A stretch of DNA of 64,000 nt, taken from the sequence record ON529860.1; one strand, written 5' to 3'. Positions 18,873-26,759 of this stretch are shown piece by piece; the stretch's first letter is position 1; each line of letters opens with the position of its first letter. The notes under the pieces were generated by a model. The model made no database searches, had not been told where the DNA came from, and worked only from the letters and a program-made list of their open reading frames with translations. The position numbers and the translations under genes were made by a program.

Positions 18873-19596
18873 AATACATCTCCGCCTTGGCGTGGGGGGC
18901 GGTCAGGGCCTTGCGCCAGTCCCAGACGTACCAGGCGTAGGAGAAGCGCGGGCTCTTGGACTCCTCGCCCTCCTTCTTCTCGACCCAGACCGGGCGGAAG
19001 CGCAGGGTGATCTTGGCGATGAAGGCGGGGTGATCGATCAGGTGGGCGCGGCCCTTGGCCGTGTCCCACTCATGGCGCATCAGCATGGCGACATAGCCCT
19101 GCTCCGCCTCCATCAACTCCAGCGCCTTCTCGACCGCCAGAACGGCTTCCTTGCCGTAGGGCGGGTTGGTGATGATGCAGTCCGGACGGAAGCCCAGGGC
19201 CGCCTCGACCTCGGTCATGGAGATCGGACGGGGCGCTTCGTTTTTCGTGACTCCGCCGTCCAGCGTCGCCTTGTCGATCGTGCGCTCCCAAGCCGCCACG
19301 GCGATCTCGTGGGCGTCGCCGTCGGCGTAGATGTTGAAGAAGTCCAGCATCGCCGTCGGGTCGAGGCCCTCGTAGCGATGGATGTCGCTGGTGGCTTCCA
19401 GCCGGCACAGCGGGCCGATCAATCGGGAAATGGCGCCGTTGCCCGCGAAGGGCTCCCAGAAGGCCATCTGCTCCAGGTCGTCCTCGACCACGGAGATGAA
19501 GGCTTCGGTCGCGCGGGCCGGGGTCGGGTAGAAGTCCAGGGCGTTGCGGGGATAGTTCGTACCCCCCAGCATGGAGGGGTCTTGACGCGTGGTCAT
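18862..19596 (-). CDS. Amino-methyltransferase (N6A/N4C), small phage type
   Basis: DFYPTP, WEPFAGNGAI and ITNPPY. Confidence 0.85.
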   Translation of the reverse strand: MTTRQDPSMLGGTNYPRNALDFYPTPARATEAFISVVEDDLEQMAFWEPFAGNGAISRLIGPLCRLEATSDIHRYEGLDPTAMLDFFNIYADGDAHEIAVAAWERTIDKATLDGGVTKNEAPRPISMTEVEAALGFRPDCIITNPPYGKEAVLAVEKALELMEAEQGYVAMLMRHEWDTAKGRAHLIDHPAFIAKITLRFRPVWVEKKEGEESKSPRFSYAWYVWDWRKALTAPHAKAEMYFAG

Positions 19597-19744
19597 TCAG
19601 CAGGCCGTTTTGATGGAGGGGATGCGCGGTCGGAGCGCTTGCGGCCTTCTTGGTCTCACGATTAACCACGAACGTCAAGATTTACGTCAATGGGAGTCAG
19701 GTGCGTTGACACACTTGCATCCGGATCGACCTTGGATTATCGGT

Positions 19745-20182
19745 GATGCTTCGAGAAGACGACGAGGATCGTCGAGCGTCTCCTGGCCGCGCACGGGTCA
19801 GGATCAACGCCGTCGTCTCAGGGAGACGCGGACCTAAGGCGATAGGGCTCCGCGTCAATGGGTGAAGTGAGGAACGGACGGCGCATCCGTGTTGGAGCCA
19901 TAGTCTAGGTGGGCGATTCACTGCCTTACCCGGACCGAGTCGCGGTAATCGAATGCTGCCGCGTGACGTGACGCCGACCGACAGTAGAGGATGGCGTGAC
20001 CTAAGGGGAGAGGCCCATGCAGGGCGGACCGCGTCGGACGCGGACGCCGACTAGCCGGAGGGGCTGCACACCCGATGGACAGGATCGCCCCGCCCGCGAA
20101 GAAGCGAATGGGGGATGACGCCGGCGCAGCCGAGACAGACGATGCGCACGAAAAAGGCCCCGATCGCAAGATCGGGGCCTTT
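19745..20182 (+). ncRNA. Candidate structured ncRNA (~430 nt)
   Basis: No credible ORF. Dense stems (GACGCGGA/TCCGCGTC, CGCGGTA/TGCCGCG, CCGCGTC/GACGCGG), with G-U pairs favouring the plus strand. It ends at a GCAA-tetraloop hairpin. The 5' end is uncertain. Confidence 0.45.
20151..20182. terminator. Bidirectional intrinsic terminator
   Basis: AAAGGCCCCGATC-GCAA-GATCGGGGCCTTT, a 13-bp stem with U5 on the minus strand and U3 on the plus strand. Confidence 0.85.
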
Positions 20183-20770
20183 GACGTCGTGGCGGGGTCC
20201 TCGGTTTTCATCGTCGCGGCCGGCGTGCCTTTCGCTAAACGATCCCGCATCTCTTCGCACCGGGCGGACCCGGACTACTTTACCGCCGGCCCCCATACGG
20301 TGAACCTCGAAGGCAGAGCCTCTAGCGCATCCTACCGGCGCCATAGCGGTGTGTGAGGAAGGGGTTCTCACCTCACGATCAGGGAAGTGGACGACCGGGG
20401 AAACGTCCCGCCGGCCCGATCGTCCGGGCATTGCGCCCTTGAAAGCGAAACGGCAGGAGGGGACTGGCCCGTCCTGCCGCTCTATGACCTGGGGAGTGGC
20501 GTACCTGTCCCGGCGGTCGGTGCGGTGGCGCATGGTCCGAAAGACCAGAGGAGCCGCGTGATCCGGGGTAACTCGAAGGTCCCGCGCCTCACCCGCTGCT
20601 GTTTATTCGCCCCGACATGCTGATCCGGGACTACTAGAACTGGTTGCCCCGTCGTTCCAGCCGGGGACTGCGTGTGGCCGTCGCCAATACCGCCTTGGTC
20701 CGTTCCAGGAGCCACCCTGCCTGAGCAGTCGCCAGCGAAGCCGATACTGAAAGCGCCTCACTGAGAAGAG
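20151..20770 (-). ncRNA. Candidate large structured ncRNA (~620 nt)
   Basis: Bounded by a near-consensus promoter (20776-20804) and the U5 terminator. It has no credible ORF and shows nested long-range helices. Confidence 0.65.
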
Positions 20771-20775
20771 GGCGC

Positions 20776-20816
20776 ACTATAAGCAGGGTTTCGACTTTTG
20801 TCAATAACTACGGCAG
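20776..20816 (-). promoter_or_regulatory. Strong sigma70-type promoter with an upstream TGCC-N7 element
   Basis: CTGCC-N7-TTGACA-17 nt-TATAGT. Confidence 0.85.
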
Positions 20817-20822
20817 AAAAAT

Positions 20823-21182
20823 CTAACGCCCGAAGCGGAAAAAGCGGCGCAGGGGGGATTCCGTCTCGCGCTTGTATTGCTCGGCGTAGTCGGCCTTGCG
20901 CTTCTTGGTCTCTCCGACCGTGTCATGGCAATCCGCCCAGGCGCCGTGAAGATCACGGTCGTAGGCGGCCTTGTCTTCGTCCAGGCGCGGCTGACCCGGC
21001 GCGGGGCGCGCGGGCACGACCGGCTCGTCCCGGCACTCGGTGATCGAGTCCGGGTAGAGGCTGTCAGGGGACAACAACACCGTCGGGCTGCTTGCGCAGG
21101 CCGTCAGCAGCAGGCTGGTCGCCAGCAGGAGCGCCGCCAGTCGGGCGGGCTTGCGCTTCCGCGCGTCGGTCGAGGGCTTCAT
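20823..21182 (-). CDS. Outer-membrane spanin (Rz1-like lipoprotein)
   Basis: Basic N-region, hydrophobic core, lipobox LTAC and a Pro-rich mature part; overlaps the i-spanin in another frame. The ATG is at 21182. Confidence 0.8.
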   Translation of the reverse strand: MKPSTDARKRKPARLAALLLATSLLLTACASSPTVLLSPDSLYPDSITECRDEPVVPARPAPGQPRLDEDKAAYDRDLHGAWADCHDTVGETKKRKADYAEQYKRETESPLRRFFRFGR

Positions 21183-21597
21183 CTTGGGCTCCGTGATAAT
21201 CGGGACGTTCGGCGGCGATGCCGTCGAGCGCGGCGTCGTGCTTGCGGCCCTGGGGGGCCTGTTCAATCCGCTCGGTGATGCGGTCGTTCTGGGAGCGGCG
21301 GACGTCGCGTTGCGCGGCGCGACGCGCTTGCGACTTCTGGGCGTCCTGATCCGCCTGGGCCTGGCGGGCGGCGCCGGCGATCTGCGCCTCAAGGGCGTCC
21401 GCGCGCTTCTCCGAGTGTGCGAAGGCCAGGACCGCCAGCACCAGACCGAGAATGAACCAGGTCCGGATGTCGGAGGCGATCTTGATGACGAAGGCGGGTC
21501 CGACCGTGAACCACAATGCGACCACGGCGGCGCAGACCGCCGCGATCGTCCACAGGGTGGCGGGGTTCAGCAGAAGGGCCAGAAGGATGGAGAACAT
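21064..21597 (-). CDS. Inner-membrane spanin (Rz-like)
   Basis: N-terminal TM segments followed by an Ala/Gln/Arg-rich coiled coil; lies in the lysis cassette. Confidence 0.75.
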   Translation of the reverse strand: MFSILLALLLNPATLWTIAAVCAAVVALWFTVGPAFVIKIASDIRTWFILGLVLAVLAFAHSEKRADALEAQIAGAARQAQADQDAQKSQARRAAQRDVRRSQNDRITERIEQAPQGRKHDAALDGIAAERPDYHGAQDEALDRRAEAQARPTGGAPAGDQPAADGLRKQPDGVVVP

Positions 21598-22058
21598 CAG
21601 CGCTTGAACGTCACAGGATGGATGCCCTGACGATACCCCGAGCCGTTATAGGTCAGGTTCTGGCGACGCATCCGGGGATTGAAGGAGATGTGGACCCACC
21701 AGGAGCCGTTGGGCTTGCGCTCGTGGATCAACTGGTCGTAGTCCAGTTCCGAGGCGGCGATCTCGCGACAGATCGCCAGCGGATCACCAAAGCCGGGGCA
21801 GGTGAAGTCGACCGCCCAGCCCAGGGCGTGGTCGGAGTTGGGCACGCCGCCGACGGCGCGGTTGACGGCCGGATTGCGGTAGGCCGAGTTGACCCGGATG
21901 GCGTTGTCACCCAGCACCCAGCGCACCTGCTCCATCCGCTGAGCGGTCTGGCGCATGTTCTCCAGGTGGGCTGGGGTCGGCATGTTGTCGTTGCGCAGAC
22001 GAGCGGCGGTGTCTGACCGCACAAACTCTGCAAGCGTGAAATGGTCAGACAGACGCAT
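21597..22058 (-). CDS. Peptidase M15A family Zn peptidoglycan peptidase
   Basis: LSDHFTLAEF, NSAYR-x3-VNRAVGG, SDH-x3-WAVD and WVHISF. Confidence 0.9.
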   Translation of the reverse strand: MRLSDHFTLAEFVRSDTAARLRNDNMPTPAHLENMRQTAQRMEQVRWVLGDNAIRVNSAYRNPAVNRAVGGVPNSDHALGWAVDFTCPGFGDPLAICREIAASELDYDQLIHERKPNGSWWVHISFNPRMRRQNLTYNGSGYRQGIHPVTFKR

Positions 22059-22579
22059 CAGTCCGTCACCCCCGTGTCCGAGGCCTTGTCGTCATCGACA
22101 GAGGGCATGGGGCGTCCGCCCCGGAAATCATTGCGGCCGCCGAACCCGCCGTAGCCGCCCCCGAAGCCGCCACCGCTGTAATCGTCGTCTTTCTTGCCGC
22201 CGCCGAAGCCGTAGTCGACGTTGCGCGAGGTGGACGGATCGACGTCAGGATCATCGGCGGTGGTGACCAGGGTCAGGCCGGCGCCGCCCGGCCCCTTCAG
22301 CGACAGGCCCTTGATCGTGCCCAGCATCGAGATGATGACCAGGGCGAACAGGCCCAGGAAGATGTAGCCGTAGTTGATCAGGCCGGTGATGATCTGGGTC
22401 TGGAGGCCGTTGTATTCGGCCGTGTAGGTCACGGCGAACCAGACCAGCACGATGATCATGCCGACGAACAGCGGGAACAGCGACATGCCCGACAGGATGA
22501 TCGACACGCGCTGGAGATGGTCCGGGCGATCGCACAGGACGTCCATGGTGTCGCGCATCCAGCGGAAGAAGCGGCTCAT
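22058..22579 (-). CDS. Probable holin (2 TM with a hydrophilic C-tail)
   Basis: Two hydrophobic helices; lies between the endolysin and the spanins. The ATG is at 22579. Confidence 0.65.
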   Translation of the reverse strand: MSRFFRWMRDTMDVLCDRPDHLQRVSIILSGMSLFPLFVGMIIVLVWFAVTYTAEYNGLQTQIITGLINYGYIFLGLFALVIISMLGTIKGLSLKGPGGAGLTLVTTADDPDVDPSTSRNVDYGFGGGKKDDDYSGGGFGGGYGGFGGRNDFRGGRPMPSVDDDKASDTGVTD

Positions 22580-22626
22580 GTTGTGTCGCAGCCGCAGCGG
22601 CGACGGGGTCGTCGGCCAGCGGGGCA

Positions 22627-23235
22627 TTAGCGGTAGGACCAGGCGGTCTGGAGCGACTGGGCGGCGGGGTGGCCGCCGTAAACCATCAGTTCGGCCAGGC
22701 GGCGGCGATAGAGCCCCAGCGCCCACTTGCCGTTGGCGTTGGACCAACGGGCGAAGGCGATCTGGATGTTGACAGGTTCAGCCTTGGCCTTGGACTGCGC
22801 CGCCAGGCCCGACATGGAGATGTTGCCGACCTTGCGCGCGCCCTGGGCGTGCAGGCGCGCCACGGCGGACGAGCGGAAGCCGGCGGTGCCGATGTTGAAG
22901 CACATGGAGACCATGGCGTCGAATTCGCCCTGGTAGGTGCGGGCGTCCGCGATGCGGTTGACCTCGGCGACGTAGCGCTTGAGGTCGTCGGTCAGCAGGG
23001 CGTCGGCCTCGGCGACGGTGATGCGCTGCTTGCCGAACATCCGCTGCATGGCTTCGCGGGTCAGTTGGTCGGCGCGGGCGCGGCCGAAGATGTCGTAGTC
23101 GATGATCTGGCCCGACGGGGTCGTCAGGGCGTGGCCCCAGCCGATCGTGGAGACGTGGGCCGAGCAGTAGTAAGGCTCGGCCTCGAACTGCTCGGTGGAC
23201 TGAATCAGCTTCAGCCCTTCCGAGGAAATTTGCAT
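22627..23235 (-). CDS. Endolysin, GH24 phage lysozyme
   Basis: ISSEGLKLIQSTE, E-x8-C-x5-T triad, TIGWGH, FDAMVSMCFNIG and GLYRRRLAE. Confidence 0.9.
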   Translation of the reverse strand: MQISSEGLKLIQSTEQFEAEPYYCSAHVSTIGWGHALTTPSGQIIDYDIFGRARADQLTREAMQRMFGKQRITVAEADALLTDDLKRYVAEVNRIADARTYQGEFDAMVSMCFNIGTAGFRSSAVARLHAQGARKVGNISMSGLAAQSKAKAEPVNIQIAFARWSNANGKWALGLYRRRLAELMVYGGHPAAQSLQTAWSYR

Positions 23236-23271
23236 TGTAGTGGAGACACGGGCTGTCAAAAAGTCTGGCAG

Positions 23272-23300
23272 ATTGTGCCAGACTTATTGACATTCGTCAA
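23272..23300 (-). promoter_or_regulatory. Probable lysis-cassette promoter
   Basis: TTGACG-17 nt-CACAAT, within an AT-richer intergenic region containing the dyad TTGAC-ATTC-GTCAA. Confidence 0.5.
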
Positions 23301-23334
23301 GAATCCGCTAGGGTTCGCGCCCTTTGCGCCTCAC

Positions 23335-24456
23335 TCAGACGTCGGGCGGCATCAAAACGATGCCCGAAGGGACCGGCGAGAGGGGATTGAACCCCGCTTG
23401 AGACCATGCCCGATGCGGGATTTTGACGCCTTCCTCCACCCGCGCGCGATCCAGCGCCTGGGTGAAGCGCGGCAGGGTCAGGCCGGTGCCGTAGGACCAG
23501 ATGTGATCCCCGTGCCGTCGCAGGCCGTATGAGCCGATCTCAATGCCCGCCAACAGCAGGTCGCGGCCCTCGTCGGTCTTCTCCTGGGACAGGGCGGCCT
23601 TGGGCGCGCCAAGCCGCAGCGCCAGTTCATAGGCGTCAGCCAGCATCGCCTTCCAGCCCGTGTCGTCGGCGTAGGTGTTGTCGTAGAGTTCCACCTTCAT
23701 GAAGGTCGGGAAATGCAGGTCGTCCTCGGCGTCGCCCAGGCGGAAACAGGGCGTGCAGGCGACCATGCGGCCGTGGCCGATGGCGCCGTCTTTGTCCAGA
23801 TGAAGGAAGGATTGCTCAGACGATCCGACCAGGTAGCCCAAGCCGTCCACGCGCGCCGCGAACGCCGGGTTGGGGCAGGTGATGTCGATGGTGTCCTTGG
23901 ACACCGCCCAAGGCGTCTCGACGTAGCGGTAGCCCTCCCTTTCGTAGAAGGCCACGGCGGCGCCCAGCAGGGCGTAGTCGATGCGCGGCATCGGGGGCAG
24001 GTCCTTGTGGACCGGCGCGACCGGGTAGCGCGCTTTCATCTGGCTGATCGCGTCGCGAATCGCGCCCACCCAACGCGACTGCTTGGGCGATCCCGTCTCG
24101 GCGTGGTCGATCGCCTCCAGCGGCTGGTCGTTCAGATGCGCCAGAGGCACGCTCAGGCCGTAGCGGGTATGAATTTGCGTGCGGACATGGTCCGCCCACT
24201 CCACGTCGCTCGCCCGATAGAAACGCCAGTCGGGCGGCGGCGGCGGGGTCGGCCGACGGGCTTGTTCGGCCGCGATCAGGACGCGCAGCCGCGCCTCCAG
24301 GGACGGCCCGGAAGACGACCCGAACCACGGCGAAGGCCGCGCCATCATGTCTCCCAGCGACACCGTGGGGTGGTACTCCGAGGTGAAGACCGCCTCCTCG
24401 AACCGCTCCAGGTCCAGATCGATCACATAGGTCGAGCGCCAGTCAGCGTCGTCCAT
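23335..24456 (-). CDS. Protein with a stand-alone class II aminoacyl-tRNA synthetase-like catalytic core (Lys/Asp/Asn type) and an unknown N-domain
   Basis: Motif 1 (FYEREGYRYVETP), YLVGSSEQSF, motif 2 (TPCFR...HFPTFMKVE), EIGSYG and motif 3 (YGTGLTLPRF). No OB anticodon-binding domain is recognisable. Confidence 0.75.
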   Translation of the reverse strand: MDDADWRSTYVIDLDLERFEEAVFTSEYHPTVSLGDMMARPSPWFGSSSGPSLEARLRVLIAAEQARRPTPPPPPDWRFYRASDVEWADHVRTQIHTRYGLSVPLAHLNDQPLEAIDHAETGSPKQSRWVGAIRDAISQMKARYPVAPVHKDLPPMPRIDYALLGAAVAFYEREGYRYVETPWAVSKDTIDITCPNPAFAARVDGLGYLVGSSEQSFLHLDKDGAIGHGRMVACTPCFRLGDAEDDLHFPTFMKVELYDNTYADDTGWKAMLADAYELALRLGAPKAALSQEKTDEGRDLLLAGIEIGSYGLRRHGDHIWSYGTGLTLPRFTQALDRARVEEGVKIPHRAWSQAGFNPLSPVPSGIVLMPPDV

Positions 24457-24919
24457 TGAGGAAGGCCCTTTCGGTGATGGCGGACATGGTCTCCAGGTCG
24501 GCCAGAGTCAGATTATGCTTATGCAGGTAGGCCTTGACCGCGCCCATGAGGTCCGCCAGTTCGACCAGGCCCATGATGACCGAGCCCTGCTGGACCGCGT
24601 CGGCGAACTCGGCCGCCTCTTCGATGATCTTGGAGGGCTCGCCGAGCACGCCCTTGGCGATCGGGGTCAGGTGGTAGCCCGGTTTAACTTCCTCAGGCGC
24701 CTCGAATGGCCTCATCACCTGGGCGAACTCGTGGGCGGTCATTCCTCCGTAGTTCAGGCCGTCAAGGGCTGCGCTGGCATAGCGATCATATTGGTCTTTG
24801 TTCGGCCCTTCACGCGACGTATCGCCGAACTCGCGCAGGCTCTCGTAGTCATGGCCGTCCCGGCGCGCGAGATGCGTCACGATGGCTGTGAACTGGCGTT
24901 GGTAGAGGTCGTCGAGCAT
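24443..24919 (-). CDS. MazG/PRA-PH-like all-alpha NTP pyrophosphohydrolase domain (C-terminal)
   Basis: KIIEEAAEFADA...VELADLMGAV fits the EExxE...ExxD pattern. Confidence 0.7.
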   Translation of the reverse strand: MLDDLYQRQFTAIVTHLARRDGHDYESLREFGDTSREGPNKDQYDRYASAALDGLNYGGMTAHEFAQVMRPFEAPEEVKPGYHLTPIAKGVLGEPSKIIEEAAEFADAVQQGSVIMGLVELADLMGAVKAYLHKHNLTLADLETMSAITERAFLNGRR

Positions 24920-24950
24920 CCGCCACGGTTACGCCAGCGGCCCGCAGGTG

Positions 24951-25580
24951 TCAAGCAACCTGACGATGATCGTCGTGAATCCTGTCATCCGCCAGCAGGT
25001 CCGCCAAGGGGCGCTCCGGGATATAGGTCAGCGACGAGGGCGTCGCCCGCACGATCTCGATTCCCCTGGTCTGGAGCGCGGCGATCAGGGGCGGATAGAG
25101 GGGACCAAAGGCCTTGGTGTAGTTGGACTCCTTGGTCGGCACGGGATGACCGGCGTGCCAGTGCGACGCCGTCCCGCCCTGGAACCCCATGTCGTAGCCC
25201 AGGAGGACGATCCGGGCGACGCCCAGGTGCAGGCACAGGTTCAGCGCCATATAGCCGCTGTCGTGTCCGGCGACATGGTCGGGATTGGTCGAAAGCGCCG
25301 GGCCGCCGGCCTCGAAGCGCATGTCGCGGTAGAGGCGTTCGACGCGCTGGTCCACGGTCGGGGACGGGGTGATAATGCGCCCGGAGAAATGCGCCGGCAC
25401 GCGATCGCGATGCCAGTCCCACCAGCGGGCGTCGGCGAAGAACAGGATGTCGGGCTCGGGGACGATCTGATAGGCGTTGTTGAGCGCGATCGTGCGCCGG
25501 TCGCGCAGGCCGCTCAGGTCCATGCCCTTCAACGAAGGGCCGCCGCCAATGATGTATGCCGTCTCGCCGCGCCAGTGCAT
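24951..25580 (-). CDS. Maf/MptE-like (sialyltransferase-fold, DUF115-type) protein
   Basis: IIGGGPSL, ALNNAY, FFAD, SGYMALNL-x3-LGV-x2-IVLLGYDM and HWH. Confidence 0.65.
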   Translation of the reverse strand: MHWRGETAYIIGGGPSLKGMDLSGLRDRRTIALNNAYQIVPEPDILFFADARWWDWHRDRVPAHFSGRIITPSPTVDQRVERLYRDMRFEAGGPALSTNPDHVAGHDSGYMALNLCLHLGVARIVLLGYDMGFQGGTASHWHAGHPVPTKESNYTKAFGPLYPPLIAALQTRGIEIVRATPSSLTYIPERPLADLLADDRIHDDHRQVA

Positions 25581-25662
25581 GGGTCCCCTCTGTCAACGAT
25601 CGCCGTCCCGACCCGTTTAGAGGTCTGGACGGCGATGTCAATGGGGACGGCAGTGAACGCCG

Positions 25663-26757
25663 TTACTGGGTGACCTTCCAGCCGAACTCGGCGGCGTCGA
25701 CGTCGGCACGGGTCCAAGCCCCGCCGCCGGGTTTGGTGGCGAACGTATCCTGACTGAAACGGTAGTTCGCCGTCAGATCAAGAAGGACGTTCTGGGCAAG
25801 GCCTTCCTCCTCCACCCCGGCAAGCCGTGACAGGGTCTTGAACTGACGCGGGGACATGCCCTGCGACTGGGCCGCCGTCGTCACCACGACACCGTGAATC
25901 GTCGTGGGGGTCGTCGTCATATTGCTGTAGGCGTAGGTGTCCTTGTTCCCGACAGTGTCGATCGCCGTATAGGTGGTTTGTCCGTCGGACGCGATGTCAT
26001 CCACCGCCTGCCACGCCGTGCCGGTATTCGGCGTCGACTGGGTGGTGGCGCCGGGGCCATTCGGCCGCTGGGTGTCGATGATGAGATCACCCAGAAAGCC
26101 GTTCATCGTCGATCCTCCGGACGACAGCACAAGGATGTCATCGCCGCGATGGGTATTGGTGAAGTGGTAGGCAATCGCCTCGATCTGTCGCGACCCCGCT
26201 GCAAAGAGGTCGCCGGTGAACGAGATTTCGGTCACGCCATTCACGCGAACCTCGGCGGTCGCGCCGGCATCGTCGATGTTGGCGACGCGAATCTCGATCC
26301 GCTTCCACTCACCCGCCACCATGGGGTTCGTGCCGGTCGCCAACAGCGTGCCGTTCAGCAACAGTTCCAGGCGACCGCTGGTGTTATAGGACACCGTGAT
26401 CCAGGTTGACGTCGACGTCGTCGACGACCAGGGCGTCTGGGTGTTCTGTGAGACCGGCGGCAGGAAGTTGACCAGGGTCAGCAGAAGGCGTCGTGCGATA
26501 GGCGCGGAGATGTAATAGATCGAGGCCGAATAGATCACAGCATCCTGCCCCAGCGCCGCCAGGGGTCGCGGCAACTGTTTGGCGCAGAGGGTGGTGACGT
26601 TACCGCCGCCGCCATTGGTGAGGGCCGTGCCGCCCGCTCGGCCCAGGGTCGTGCTGACATTGGCGTAGGTGGTGGACGTATCCACGGTGTCCCACCGTTG
26701 ATTGAGGTGAGTGATCGTGGTGATCGTGTCGAGGCCGTCGCAGAATTCAACAGACAT
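25663..26757 (-). CDS. Probable virion/tail accessory protein (beta-sandwich-rich)
   Basis: Thr-rich, beta-strand-like sequence; last gene of the fibre operon. Confidence 0.55.
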   Translation of the reverse strand: MSVEFCDGLDTITTITHLNQRWDTVDTSTTYANVSTTLGRAGGTALTNGGGGNVTTLCAKQLPRPLAALGQDAVIYSASIYYISAPIARRLLLTLVNFLPPVSQNTQTPWSSTTSTSTWITVSYNTSGRLELLLNGTLLATGTNPMVAGEWKRIEIRVANIDDAGATAEVRVNGVTEISFTGDLFAAGSRQIEAIAYHFTNTHRGDDILVLSSGGSTMNGFLGDLIIDTQRPNGPGATTQSTPNTGTAWQAVDDIASDGQTTYTAIDTVGNKDTYAYSNMTTTPTTIHGVVVTTAAQSQGMSPRQFKTLSRLAGVEEEGLAQNVLLDLTANYRFSQDTFATKPGGGAWTRADVDAAEFGWKVTQ

Positions 26758-26759
26758 GA

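Noticed and set aside
19700-20780. Short ORFs in the gene-free region (for example 20075..20356, 20051..20533, 19918..20250)
   Set aside because: They have Arg/Pro/Gly-rich shadow-like composition, several cross the terminator hairpin, and they lack convincing RBS or homology cues.
19700-20780. Assignment of the ncRNA candidates to group I intron, tmRNA or RNase P
   Set aside because: There are isolated GACUA/UAGUC-like words but not the ordered P/Q/R/S set on one strand, no interrupted host gene, no tRNA-like ends with a tag ORF, and no GAGGAAAGUCC-type RNase P signature.
23231-23271. TTGACA...TACAAT as the endolysin promoter
   Set aside because: The spacer is only 14 nt and the -10 overlaps the ATG. 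It is kept only as a motif instance; the upstream TTGACG-17-CACAAT fits better.
23335-24919. 2-aminoadenine (Z-genome) pathway suggested by the MazG-like gene
   Set aside because: No PurZ (adenylosuccinate synthetase-like) or DatZ-like HD gene is recognisable in this window. The neighbour has class II aaRS motifs instead.
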